From positions 1 through 61,049 of the forward strand of contig JAFSXD010000001.1 in NCBI GenBank assembly GCA_017444245.1: 61,049 nucleotides of DNA, written 5' to 3'. The notes under the pieces were generated by a model. The model was not told where the DNA came from and did no database searches. It was given only the letters and a program-made list of their open reading frames with translations. Shown here piece after piece: positions 1 through 9,350 of this stretch. A program made the translations under genes and the position numbers. How positions within the stretch are numbered: position 1 is the first letter of the stretch; each line of letters opens with the position of its first letter. Origin of the DNA: Selenomonadaceae bacterium. Its GTDB lineage: Bacteria; Bacillota; Negativicutes; Selenomonadales; Selenomonadaceae.

Positions 1-759
1 TACAACGACTTTGCGCCCGAGTTGCCGCGCGATTTTTGCCGCCTCAACATAAACTTGAGTTTTTCCCGAACCCGTCACGCCGTGCAATAAAAATCCTGAA
101 AATTTTTTCGCGTCAATGGATTTTTTCAGCGCGTCAACAGCGGCAATTTGTTCAGCAGTCAACTCAAAATTTTTTTGTACGGGCTTGATTTGTGCGTAGC
201 TGTCACGAAGAACGCGGCGCATTTCGACTTCAATTAAATTTGTGTCCAAAAGTTTTTTGATTACGGCATCGGAAATTTTTTCTTCGTGAAATTGCGCGGC
301 AGTCATGAAATTTTTTTCCTGCAGAATTTTTAAAGCTTTCAACTGCGCAACTTTACGCGTGAAATTTTCTTCGTCGAAAGTTCCAACCAACTTGAAAACT
401 TTTTCTAACTTCAATTTAATTTTCCGTACATGTTTTGTCGGCATGAAAAGCGACATTGATTGAGCAAGCGGGCACAAATAAAAATCTGCCAGCCATTGAG
501 CCGCCCTTAGCATTGCCGCGCTGAACCATGCCTCTTCGTCGAAGGCGTCGGCAATTTCTTTTAACGCGAAAGGAAATTTTGTATCGTCGGGAATTTTTCG
601 CACGCTCATAACGAATCCGTCAATTTTTTTTCTGTTTCCGAAAGGAACGACGACGCGCCAGCCCGCAGTTAAAAAATTTAATTTGTCGGGGACAATGTAC
701 GTGAACGTTTGCGATATTGATTTGGTTTGAACATTCGCGCAGACTTCGGCAATTATCAT
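1..759 (-). CDS. priA: primosomal protein N' (PriA), N-terminal part; the 3' end runs off the left edge
   Basis: My own translation of the minus strand from the ATG at 759-757 gives MIIAEVCANVQTKSISQTFTYIVPDKL..WRVVVPFGNRKKIDGFV.. and later LTAEQIAAVDAL..FLLHGVTGSGKTQVY (Walker A). It is absent from the ORF track because it is open at the window edge. Confidence 0.85.
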   Translation of the reverse strand, partial: MIIAEVCANVQTKSISQTFTYIVPDKLNFLTAGWRVVVPFGNRKKIDGFVMSVRKIPDDTKFPFALKEIADAFDEEAWFSAAMLRAAQWLADFYLCPLAQSMSLFMPTKHVRKIKLKLEKVFKLVGTFDEENFTRKVAQLKALKILQEKNFMTAAQFHEEKISDAVIKKLLDTNLIEVEMRRVLRDSYAQIKPVQKNFELTAEQIAAVDALKKSIDAKKFSGFLLHGVTGSGKTQVYVEAAKIARQLGRKVVV

Positions 760-777
760 GAAAAATCTCCTTAGTGA

Positions 778-2208
778 ATGGGAAGTAGGGAAAATTTGAA
801 AACGATTGTAGACGCAATGAAAGATTATTCGGCGGACGGTGCGCTTGCATTTCACACGCCGGGACACAAGCAGGGACGCGGGGCACATGAACTTTTGCGC
901 GAATTGATTACGGCGGAAGGATTGCGGCGGGAAGTTTCGCTGATGGAGGAGTTGGACGATTTGCACAGCCCTCACGGTTGCATAAAGGCGGCGGAAAAAT
1001 TTGCGGCGGAACTTTGGCACGCAGACGACGCGCTTTTCATTGTCAACGGGACGACGGGCGCAATTCAAGCCATGATTTTGGCGACGCTCAAGCCGAATGA
1101 TTTTGTTTTTGTGCCGCGAAATTCACACCGCGCAGTTACGGCGGGATTGATTTTATCGGGGGCAATTCCAATTTTTTTGCCGGTAGATTTTTCCTCTGAA
1201 TTAAAAATTCCGTTGAACGTGACGGTTGAAACAGTTCGGCAAGCGGTAAAAAAATTTCCGCAAGCACGAGGATTAATTTTGACTTCGCCAAATTATTACG
1301 GCGTTGCGGCGGACGTTGAGGAGATTGGAAAAATTTTACACGCGGCGGGAATGTTGCTGTTGGTTGACGAGGCGCACGGTGCACACTTGAAATTTTGCGC
1401 GGAACTTCCGATTTCGGCAATGGACGCGGGCGCGGATTTGGCGGCTCAGTCCACGCACAAACTTTTGGGATCGCTCACGCAAACTTCAATGTTGCTTGTG
1501 GGGAAAAATTTTTCTGACGGCGAACGAGTACGACGCGCGGCAAGTTTACTTCAGACGACCAGTCCGAACTATTTACTTTTGGCGTCGTTGGATATTGCGC
1601 GGCTGCAAATGTTTGAATGCGGGCAAAAAAAAATTTCTGCGGCTGTTGAATTATCGCGAGTTCTCCGCGCAGAAATTAAAAAAATTTTTGGGTTGGCAAC
1701 TTTCGACGCCGTGAAAAATTTTTCGTTGGATTTAACCAAAGTCACTGTCAACGTTGAAGGCTTGGGATTGACGGGCATCGACGCCGAAAAAATTTTGCGC
1801 CATGAATTTAAAATTCAGTGTGAACTTTCTGATGCGTCGAATTTGCTTTTCATCATTTCTTACGCGGACGATTCGGCGACGGTCGAAAAATTAATAACTC
1901 AACTTTCAAAGCTACAAGCTACAACCTACAACCTACAACCTACAAGCTACAACCTACAACCTACAAGCTCAAATCTCCAACCCGCTGAACTTTCGCCGCG
2001 TGAAATATTTTTTTCTCCAAGCGAAACGGTAGCGTTAGAAAAATCCGTCGGAAGAATCTGCGCGGAAGAAGTGACGTTTTATCCGCCAGGCATACCGATT
2101 TTAAATCTCGGCGAAAGAATCACGGCTGAAGTCGTTGAAAAAATTCGTGAACTTCAAGCGGTTGGCGGACGAACACTCGGCGACGCAAATTTTGTGAAAG
2201 TAATTTAG
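778..2208 (+). CDS. PLP-dependent Orn/Lys/Arg decarboxylase family protein
   Basis: The 476-aa ORF has FHTPGHKQG near the N-terminus and a STHKLLGSLTQTSML PLP-lysine motif, plus a C-terminal decarboxylase domain. The start codon is uncertain (weak RBS). Confidence 0.8.
   Translation: MGSRENLKTIVDAMKDYSADGALAFHTPGHKQGRGAHELLRELITAEGLRREVSLMEELDDLHSPHGCIKAAEKFAAELWHADDALFIVNGTTGAIQAMILATLKPNDFVFVPRNSHRAVTAGLILSGAIPIFLPVDFSSELKIPLNVTVETVRQAVKKFPQARGLILTSPNYYGVAADVEEIGKILHAAGMLLLVDEAHGAHLKFCAELPISAMDAGADLAAQSTHKLLGSLTQTSMLLVGKNFSDGERVRRAASLLQTTSPNYLLLASLDIARLQMFECGQKKISAAVELSRVLRAEIKKIFGLATFDAVKNFSLDLTKVTVNVEGLGLTGIDAEKILRHEFKIQCELSDASNLLFIISYADDSATVEKLITQLSKLQATTYNLQPTSYNLQPTSSNLQPAELSPREIFFSPSETVALEKSVGRICAEEVTFYPPGIPILNLGERITAEVVEKIRELQAVGGRTLGDANFVKVI
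1912..1981. repeat. heptanucleotide tandem repeat (CTACAAS)x8 plus 2 degenerate units, inside the decarboxylase CDS
   Basis: Direct reading gives ctacaag ctacaac ctacaac ctacaac ctacaag ctacaac ctacaac ctacaag ctcaaat ctccaac. It is translated as ATTYNLQPTSYNLQPTSSNLQP. Confidence 0.95.
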
Positions 2209-2549
2209 CGATGTTCGGCAATGTACTTGCGCATGAACTTAATCGTTTCGTCGGAAATAATATTTTCTTTCTTTTCGTAGTTGATGATACGAAACAGCAT
2301 GCTGACGCGCTCAATGATTGGCTTGTTGGCGGTCTTGAATTTTTCGTTATTGATTGTGAGTTCGACTTTGCCACTGGTGGACAGCACGCTGAACGACGCG
2401 CCGAGAAGTTCTTTTCCTTCGGGATTTTTAATTGAATAGCGGATATCCAAATCGCCCGCAGAAGTTTCCCACGTAAGCTGTCGGTTAATTGCCTGATAAA
2501 CCAAAATGTCGATGTACTCTCTGATAATTTCATGCGTTCTGGTATTCAT
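2205..2549 (-). CDS. hypothetical protein (114 aa)
   Basis: The ORF lies downstream of the FliH-like gene on the same strand. I recognised no motif. Confidence 0.5.
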   Translation of the reverse strand: MNTRTHEIIREYIDILVYQAINRQLTWETSAGDLDIRYSIKNPEGKELLGASFSVLSTSGKVELTINNEKFKTANKPIIERVSMLFRIINYEKKENIISDETIKFMRKYIAEHR

Positions 2550-2589
2550 AAAATTTCATCCTTTCCAAATTTAGTGAGCAGTGTATTAC

Positions 2590-3456
2590 TTACTTATTCA
2601 TCATTGATTTAACCGCGTTGGTGAGAGCGTCCATTTGCGAAGACAGCCGCGCATCCACTCCGCCGTTTGGAGTTTCAATGACACAATCTCCTGGTTTCAG
2701 CGCGTCATCAGAAATTATTTCCAAAATCGCCGTGCCGTCCGTCAACAAAGATTGCAATTCGCCGCGCGCCGTCAAAACCAAATCGTAACTGTTCGGCTCA
2801 ACGTGAACTTTAATTTCTTTTTGGTCACGAACGTACTTGATTGATTCGCGAACTACGGGTAAAATTTCTTTTGGCACGTCAATAAAATGTTGGGGCAAAA
2901 TTTTTTCAATCGCCATCATCAAAATTTTTGCGATGTCGTCTTCTGCGCGAATGAAATATTCTGCGGTGGCTTCTTTGGCATCTTGAATGGTTTTCTGCGC
3001 TTTTTTGTTGGCGGCGTCAATAATTTCTTTCAGCTCGTCGTGAGCGTCCTTGTCGCCCTTCTCGAATCCCTCGTGATGTCCCGCCTCGAAACCTTCATTG
3101 TGACCTGCCTCGCGTGCCCTTTGACGAAGTTGTTCGGCGTCTTGTTTTGCGTCGTTCAGCATGCCGTCGCATTCGGCTTGAGTACGTTGCTTGAGTTCTT
3201 TAATTTTCTTCTCGTCTTTTTGCAACGCGATAAATCTTTCGGCAAGATTTTTTTCACGCTGATCGATATCGTCAAGCATTTGTTTCAAAGTTTCTTCGTT
3301 GATTCGGTCTTCGTCGGCGTTGTTTTCTTCTTCGACTTTTTCGCTATCTTCGGCAGGCTTTTCTTCCTTCTCATCTTTAACGGGAACTCCGATTTTCACA
3401 GGTTCGCCGCTAGCCATTGTGTAACGTACAATTTTGTTTGGCACTCTCATCATCAT
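2590..3456 (-). CDS. fliH: FliH/SctL-like flagellar (type III) export stator protein
   Basis: It has a charged coiled-coil N-terminal half. A GxxxG repeat block (GHNEGFEAGHHEGFEKG) is typical of FliH/YscL. The C-terminal ..KPGDCVIETPNGGVDARLSSQMDAL.. is also FliH-like. Confidence 0.7.
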   Translation of the reverse strand: MMMRVPNKIVRYTMASGEPVKIGVPVKDEKEEKPAEDSEKVEEENNADEDRINEETLKQMLDDIDQREKNLAERFIALQKDEKKIKELKQRTQAECDGMLNDAKQDAEQLRQRAREAGHNEGFEAGHHEGFEKGDKDAHDELKEIIDAANKKAQKTIQDAKEATAEYFIRAEDDIAKILMMAIEKILPQHFIDVPKEILPVVRESIKYVRDQKEIKVHVEPNSYDLVLTARGELQSLLTDGTAILEIISDDALKPGDCVIETPNGGVDARLSSQMDALTNAVKSMMNK

Positions 3457-3587
3457 ATAAATTACCCCGCATTGAAAAATTTCCGTAGCTTTTTCAGAAA
3501 ATTATATCACGAACTTTTTTTTTCGTCTATAATTGCAGTCTTCTTTGACGCGTAAAAATTTTTCCCGTTCCTTAAAGAGGTGAATTT

Positions 3588-4925
3588 ATGGCGACAAAAA
3601 ATTTGCCGCAAGTTGCAGACATGGAGCTGGAACTTTTAGGCATGATGCTTTTGAAAAACGGCGAAGCAATTCCGACAATAGCGGCGATAATTCGCGCGGA
3701 GGATTTTTTCCTTGAAGAGCACAAAATTATTTTCGGTACGATAATGAATTTGTACATCAGGAAAATTACGCCGAATATTCTTTCGCTGTACGAAGAATTG
3801 CGCAGAAAAAATGATTTGGACAAAGTCGGTGAAACGCTCGTGCTTTCTTTGGGCGAAGTTGCCTACACGACGGCTTTTGCCGAATCTTACGCGAACAAGA
3901 TTAAAGAAAAATCTTTGTTGCGTCAGCTGATTCAAGCGGGCGAAGAAATTGTAACCGATTCTTACGCCGATGAAAAACCTGTCGAAGAAATTTTGGACGA
4001 CGCCGAAAGAAAAATTTTTCGCGTGACTGCAAAGAGTAGCGGCGCGGAAATTGAATCCATTCAGCCGATTTTGCAACGCGCATTTGAAAAAATTCAGCTT
4101 GCCGTTGACAACAAAGGAAAACCGACGGGCGTCAGCAGCGGCTACGTAGATTTTGATCAATCGACGAGTGGTTTTCAAAAGTCCGATTTAATTTTGATTG
4201 CGGCGCGTCCGTCAATGGGCAAAACTGCTTTTGCGCTGAACATTGCAATGAACGCGGCGGATTTGGAATTGGGGAAAAAAACCGTCGCTGTGTTTTCTCT
4301 GGAGATGAGCAAGGAACAACTTGGACAGCGTCTGTTGAGTTCGCAGAGCGGAATTAATTCAATGAAGTTGAGTACAGGAAATCTTGAGCCAAATGAAATT
4401 ATGGAAATTGGGCAGACCATTGACCGAATGGCGGATTGGAAACTTTTCATTGATGACACTCCGGCAATTTCTGTTTTGGAATTGAGATCGAAGGCGCGGC
4501 GATTAATGAATGAGTACGGTTTGGATTTAATCATAATTGATTATCTTCAGCTGATGCAGGGCAGGGCGACGCGAAATTCTGAAGGCAACAGACAACAGGA
4601 AATTTCGGAAATATCGCGCAGTCTCAAGGCGTTGGCTCGTGAATTGCAAGTGCCGATAATTGCGTTGAGCCAACTTTCACGCGGCGTGGAACTTCGCGCG
4701 GATAAACGTCCGTTGCTTAGCGATTTGCGCGAATCCGGTTCGCTGGAGCAAGACGCCGATATTGTCATGTTCATTTACCGCGAAGAGTATTACAATCAGG
4801 AAACGGACAACGCGAACATTGCGGAAATTATCATTGCGAAAAATCGTAATGGTCCGACGTCGTCAATCAAGTTGCGTTTTGACAAAGCCTGCATGAAATT
4901 TCAAAGTCTTGCAAGCGAAGAGTGA
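3588..4925 (+). CDS. dnaB: replicative DNA helicase DnaB
   Basis: 445 aa. Motifs seen: Walker A ARPSMGKTAFALN, IIIDYLQLM, and SQLSRGVE..DLRESGSLEQDADIV. Confidence 0.95.
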   Translation: MATKNLPQVADMELELLGMMLLKNGEAIPTIAAIIRAEDFFLEEHKIIFGTIMNLYIRKITPNILSLYEELRRKNDLDKVGETLVLSLGEVAYTTAFAESYANKIKEKSLLRQLIQAGEEIVTDSYADEKPVEEILDDAERKIFRVTAKSSGAEIESIQPILQRAFEKIQLAVDNKGKPTGVSSGYVDFDQSTSGFQKSDLILIAARPSMGKTAFALNIAMNAADLELGKKTVAVFSLEMSKEQLGQRLLSSQSGINSMKLSTGNLEPNEIMEIGQTIDRMADWKLFIDDTPAISVLELRSKARRLMNEYGLDLIIIDYLQLMQGRATRNSEGNRQQEISEISRSLKALARELQVPIIALSQLSRGVELRADKRPLLSDLRESGSLEQDADIVMFIYREEYYNQETDNANIAEIIIAKNRNGPTSSIKLRFDKACMKFQSLASEE

Positions 4926-4967
4926 TTAGATCGATAGATCGATGGATCGATGGATCGATAGTTAGTT
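4926..4967. repeat. 8-nt-period boundary repeat (RGATCGAT)x4 followed by AGTTAGTTG
   Basis: The sequence ttagatcgatagatcgatggatcgatggatcgatagttagttg follows the dnaB stop codon directly. Confidence 0.9.
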
Positions 4968-4969
4968 GA

Positions 4970-5012
4970 AAAAAAAATCGCCGAAGAAAATTTTTCGGCG
5001 AGTGTAAAAAAA
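4970..5012 (-). terminator. rho-independent terminator between convergent genes
   Basis: The stem is tcgccgaa (4978-4985) paired with ttcggcga (4994-5001). An A-run on the plus strand gives a T-run on the minus strand. Confidence 0.6.
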
Positions 5013-5014
5013 TT

Positions 5015-5668
5015 TTACTGATAATCTGACGGCAAAGTTAATCTTCGTTGTTGTCCGTCGAAATGCATTTGAGTGATTCGCGCCGCCTTCGACGATTCCA
5101 TTTTCGCGATAACTTGTCCTGCGTTGGCTTCGTTCATTTTTTGGAGAATCAAAACGACTGTGTCCAAGCTTACGTCGTTTAAAGCCTTCGCTGCTTCTTC
5201 CGGTTTCATGTTGTCGTAAATTCGCGCCAACTTAGAGATACGTTTTTTCTCTGCCGCCTCGCGTGCCTTCGCTTGCTCTTCAATTTGTTTTTGCGAAACT
5301 TTCACGTCTTTGGACTTACGCTCATCCTTTTTCTCTTCGGGTTTAGGTTCAGGCGGTTTGTTATTTTGCGCGACAACGGGCGCAGTTTCGGCGGGTTTAC
5401 TTTCCTCTTCGGGCTGTGGCTCGGGTTCAGGCGGCGGAGGCCACACCACGCCTTCAGGCACAGCAAAATATTCAAACTGCTGACCCGTGCCAACCAGCGG
5501 CAACCTGTACAAGCCGACCGTTTCATTTACCCAATCAACTTTTTCTTTTTCGATGACTTCGTAGTAAATGCACGCGGCAAACGCACTGATACCGACCAAC
5601 GCCAAGAAAACTATAACGAAAAGTCCAATCAAAATTTTTTTTAAGATGCCACCTTTTTTTTTCGCCAT
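5015..5668 (-). CDS. membrane-anchored MgtE_N-domain protein, YlxF/MotE/FlbB-like
   Basis: It has an N-terminal TM helix, a Pro/Glu-rich linker (PPPPEPEPQPEEE), and a C-terminal ARIYDNMKPEEAAKALNDVSLDTVVLILQKMNEANAGQVIAKM segment. It lies downstream of the fliJ-like gene, as in fla/che operons. Confidence 0.6.
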   Translation of the reverse strand: MAKKKGGILKKILIGLFVIVFLALVGISAFAACIYYEVIEKEKVDWVNETVGLYRLPLVGTGQQFEYFAVPEGVVWPPPPEPEPQPEEESKPAETAPVVAQNNKPPEPKPEEKKDERKSKDVKVSQKQIEEQAKAREAAEKKRISKLARIYDNMKPEEAAKALNDVSLDTVVLILQKMNEANAGQVIAKMESSKAARITQMHFDGQQRRLTLPSDYQ

Positions 5669-5689
5669 TTCGCCACACCTTTCAAATCG

Positions 5690-6466
5690 TTAGCCGCTGA
5701 TAATATCCATTATGCGCCCAACATAATTTTGAGTTTCACTGTACGGAGGGACGCCGCCATATTTTTGAACTGCGCCCGGCCCTGCGTTGTACGCGGCAAG
5801 AGCATGTTGAACGTTGCCGTTGAATTTGTCAAGCATTTGCCGCAAATAAATTGTCCCGCCTTCAATGTTTTGCGCTTTGTCATAGGGATTTACTCCAAGC
5901 GCGGCGGCAGTCTCCGGCATCAGTTGCATTACGCCGATTGCGCCGACGGGAGAAATTTCATTTTGATTCATGTCTGATTCGGCGATTGCAACTGCTCTGA
6001 CGAGTGAGGGAGAAACTCCGTTGCGACGTGCAGAAAGATTTATCAAATCTTCTGTGGAAGAATCGCGCGATTGTTCAAAGTTTGAATCCTTGTCCGGCGC
6101 GTCGTTGGGGCTTGGGGCTTTTAACTCCTCAAAAATTTTTTCGATTGACGAAGTCGACAAAATATTTGGCGTTGCGACGTTACCGGAAGTCAATGCGGCG
6201 ACAAAATCTGTGACGTTGACGGCGTCTTTTTTATTTGCGGACAAATCGGAAGAATTTTTTTCCGAAGCGGCGGCGTCTTTGTTCTCATGAATTTTTTCTT
6301 GACGAGAAATTTCGGCGTCCAATTTCGTTTGAAAGTCCGCACTGATTTTGTCCGCGCTCAAATTCTTTTCCGTCTCGACAAATTGATTTTGAATTGACGC
6401 TATCCGATTTTGAATCTGCGCAATTCTTGCGGGAACTCCGATTCGTTCAATGGGGTTTATTTCCAA
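5690..6466 (-). CDS. lytic transglycosylase (SLT domain) protein
   Basis: C-terminal motifs AESDMNQNEISPVGAIGVMQLMP and AAYNAGPGAV are present. Confidence 0.8.
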   Translation of the reverse strand: MEINPIERIGVPARIAQIQNRIASIQNQFVETEKNLSADKISADFQTKLDAEISRQEKIHENKDAAASEKNSSDLSANKKDAVNVTDFVAALTSGNVATPNILSTSSIEKIFEELKAPSPNDAPDKDSNFEQSRDSSTEDLINLSARRNGVSPSLVRAVAIAESDMNQNEISPVGAIGVMQLMPETAAALGVNPYDKAQNIEGGTIYLRQMLDKFNGNVQHALAAYNAGPGAVQKYGGVPPYSETQNYVGRIMDIISG

Positions 6467-6507
6467 AACATAATCATCCTTTCAAAAATTTAACGGCTCA
6501 AAAAATT

Positions 6508-6954
6508 TTAATGGCGCATGCTAAGTTGCAAACCGATTTCGTCTAAAAATTTTTGTTCCTCCGCAAGCAATGCCTCGTTGTATTCGCGCAAACGTTTTTC
6601 TTTGAGTTGCTCGATACTTTTCACGTACGTCATTAAATCCGTCAGCACTTTCAATTTTTGTTGACGCTCCTGCATTGTCCGCAAAATTAATTGTTGTTGC
6701 TGTTCGATTTGTTCGCGTTTCCAGTTGACGAAGTTCGTGTAAATCATGATGACATCAACGGTAATTGTTTTGCCTTCGGAAGTTCGGGCGGCGTATTCGG
6801 CTTGTCCCGCCTGCAATTCTTGCAACAAAGTTTGCAAATGCGCTCTGTGCTCCTCAAGGCGGCGCGAAACTTCGGCAAATTGAAGTTCTGCCTCATCTTT
6901 TTTTCTTTGCGTGACGTTGAGGAGTGTTTCAAGTTGGAATTTAAATTTTTTCAT
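6508..6954 (-). CDS. fliJ: FliJ-like flagellar export chaperone
   Basis: A 148-aa all-coiled-coil protein that starts MKKFKFQLETLLNV.., the typical FliJ opening. It lies upstream of the SLT and YlxF-like genes. Confidence 0.6.
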   Translation of the reverse strand: MKKFKFQLETLLNVTQRKKDEAELQFAEVSRRLEEHRAHLQTLLQELQAGQAEYAARTSEGKTITVDVIMIYTNFVNWKREQIEQQQQLILRTMQERQQKLKVLTDLMTYVKSIEQLKEKRLREYNEALLAEEQKFLDEIGLQLSMRH

Positions 6955-6966
6955 CGCGGTAAGATT

Positions 6967-7491
6967 TCAAACGAGAACTGCGGCGCGTTTGGCAATTACA
7001 AATTCTTCGACGCGCATTAACATGAAACAGTAGTCGGACAGACGGTTCAAAAAAATTCCGTCGACTTCGTGAACTGCTTCAAAACGTGCAAGCTTGCAAA
7101 AAATTCTTTCGGCGCGGCGCGCAGTTGTACGGGCAAAGTCGATAATCGCGCCTGATTTTGTATTGCCCGGCGTGAGGAAAGATTTCAGCGGCGGCAAAAG
7201 TTTATCCATTTCGTCCATTTCTCTTTCCAAAGTTTTAACGTCGTCTTCGGTGATGAGCGCAGGTTTATTCATGCTTGCAAGGTCCGCCATGAGACGTGGC
7301 AAAATTTTTTGCAACTGAAAAATTTTTTCGCGCACTTCCGCAACGTCCGAAAACGCCCGCGCCATTCCCAGCACAGAATTAAGTTCGTCAACCGTCCCGT
7401 AAGTTTGCACGCGCGGATCGTCCTTGTCAACTCTTTCCCCCGTAAACAAACCGGTCTTGCCGTCGTCGCCGGTCTTCGTGTAAATTTTCAT
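6967..7491 (-). CDS. PduO-type ATP:cob(I)alamin adenosyltransferase
   Basis: It starts MKIYTKTGDDGKTGLFTGERV..YGTVDELNS, the canonical N-terminus. Confidence 0.85.
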   Translation of the reverse strand: MKIYTKTGDDGKTGLFTGERVDKDDPRVQTYGTVDELNSVLGMARAFSDVAEVREKIFQLQKILPRLMADLASMNKPALITEDDVKTLEREMDEMDKLLPPLKSFLTPGNTKSGAIIDFARTTARRAERIFCKLARFEAVHEVDGIFLNRLSDYCFMLMRVEEFVIAKRAAVLV

Positions 7492-7535
7492 TGTTGATCT
7501 CCTTCGTTGAGGATTGTCACGTTGACGCCAAAAAT

Positions 7536-9350
7536 TTATTCAAGCACAAAATTTTCATTCGCCGCGATAAATTTTTCTGCGTCCTTGAAGTTGGGAAAAT
7601 TTTTTTTAATCTTATCGAAGTCCCAATCCCACCACTTAACTTTCTGCAACGCGTCAATAATTTCCTGCGAAAAGCGATAATCAATAATCTGCGCGGGATT
7701 GCCGGCAACTATCGCGTAGGGCGGAACATCTTTTGTGACTACCGCGTTGTCCTCAATTATCGCGCCGTCGCCAATCACAAGCGGATTATCGGCGTCACTT
7801 GCAATTAAAGTTGCATCTGAATTTATTTTCACATCCGAGCCGATTAAAATTTTGTGCACTCCGTTTTGAATTTGAGTGCCTTCAAAATCATAGACGCTGA
7901 CAAAATTTTTTTCGGGCTTGCGGAAAAATTTTACTTTCACGTTGTCCAAAATTGAAGTGTAATTGCCGACGTGCATTTCCCCCAAAACATTTTTGCAACT
8001 GAACAAAATTTTTTTCGCGTAACTTTCTTTGCCAAGAGAAATTGCAACATTCCCGCCGACTAAAAAAATTCTTTGATGAACTGTTCGACTTTCGTCGCTA
8101 AATTCATTCCCTGCAATTTCGCCGTAAGCCATGCCTTCAGCAAAAAATTTTGGGAAATTTAAATTTGGAATTTGAAAAACTCTTCCGTCCAAAATTGCAT
8201 CTTGAGGAATTTGAAATGACTCAAGTATTTTCCGATGCTCATGAAAATTATTTCCCGCCATAACGACAGCTATTTCAAAGGAGGGCGGGTCTATAATTTT
8301 TCCGCCAAGCTTTTCGTAGAAAATAATTTCTCTTCCCTCAACAATCGCGTAGCCGACGATGTTTATAAAATCTTTTTCCTCAAACGGCTTGATGTAATTG
8401 TAAAGTTCATAGTTGAACGGATTCGTACTCCAAAGCAACGTCCTCTTTCCAAATTTCGATTTAATGGAAAGCGTTTCACTCAAGCCGCGTTTTTTCAAAA
8501 ATTCATTGGCAATTTTTACCATGTCGTCGGCAACTTGAAATTGCACTCTTCGTTGAAGATGATCTACAATTTCCAAGTAATCATCTCTGGAATTTACGTA
8601 CTCGCTGTAATTGATTAACTTAACATTATCGCAATCAGCAAATTCTTTTTCCAACAGAGGATTTATTTTTTTTCGTCTGGTCGCCTTGATTATCGAGGCT
8701 TTAGTTTCGTCATAAGCCGTTTCGATACCAAGCATGATAACCAGCAAAACTTTTTCGGGAATCAACGAACGGATTTTTTTGTAATTCTCTACAATTTCTT
8801 CCGGCTCAAGAGGTCCTTCGTATTCAAAGTTTTCACGGAAACGCCGTAGCATTTCGTAAGTATATTTCGCGTCGCAATACCACGCATCTTTTCCTGAAAC
8901 GTAGTCAGCCCACTTTTCTGAATCAGTCAAATCGTCCCAAGCTTTGAAAACTATACGAGCTCCGGTTTTTTTATTCCGATAAACATTCGCGTAAGTGTCA
9001 ACCAACGTGCTCAAGAAAATCACGTCGTAATTTCCGGAAAAAATTTCTGTTTCAAAACTTCTTGCGTCAATGAAAGGAAAATTTTTCGCCATGTCGTTTA
9101 TTTCTTCGGCGGGCAGGTAAGTTGATTCGATTATGTGCACGCTGTGACTTTGGGCGGAAATTAAAACTCCATGTTCGTTTACAAAATTTGTTTCTAAATC
9201 AACTTTGCCTAAGGATTGGAGAATTTGAAGTATTTGCAGAAGATCGCACGGACCTTTCATCAAAATTCGCGGTGCATTTTGCACAGTAATTTTTTCGGCG
9301 TCACTTGCTTGCGAAAAATATTTTTTAAGAGAAATCTCCTCAACCCAAAT
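7536..9350 (-). CDS. C-terminal fragment of a frameshifted multidomain glycan-modifying enzyme (unknown middle region plus left-handed beta-helix acetyltransferase)
   Basis: The frame continues directly from the C9 tract (..IWVEEISLKKYF..). The C-terminus GSDVKINSDATLIASDADNPLVIGDGAIIEDNAVVTKDVPPYAIVAGNPAQII is a hexapeptide-repeat acetyltransferase. The track ORF (to 9461) has a spurious N-terminus. Confidence 0.75.
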   Translation of the reverse strand: MWVEEISLKKYFSQASDAEKITVQNAPRILMKGPCDLLQILQILQSLGKVDLETNFVNEHGVLISAQSHSVHIIESTYLPAEEINDMAKNFPFIDARSFETEIFSGNYDVIFLSTLVDTYANVYRNKKTGARIVFKAWDDLTDSEKWADYVSGKDAWYCDAKYTYEMLRRFRENFEYEGPLEPEEIVENYKKIRSLIPEKVLLVIMLGIETAYDETKASIIKATRRKKINPLLEKEFADCDNVKLINYSEYVNSRDDYLEIVDHLQRRVQFQVADDMVKIANEFLKKRGLSETLSIKSKFGKRTLLWSTNPFNYELYNYIKPFEEKDFINIVGYAIVEGREIIFYEKLGGKIIDPPSFEIAVVMAGNNFHEHRKILESFQIPQDAILDGRVFQIPNLNFPKFFAEGMAYGEIAGNEFSDESRTVHQRIFLVGGNVAISLGKESYAKKILFSCKNVLGEMHVGNYTSILDNVKVKFFRKPEKNFVSVYDFEGTQIQNGVHKILIGSDVKINSDATLIASDADNPLVIGDGAIIEDNAVVTKDVPPYAIVAGNPAQIIDYRFSQEIIDALQKVKWWDWDFDKIKKNFPNFKDAEKFIAANENFVLE

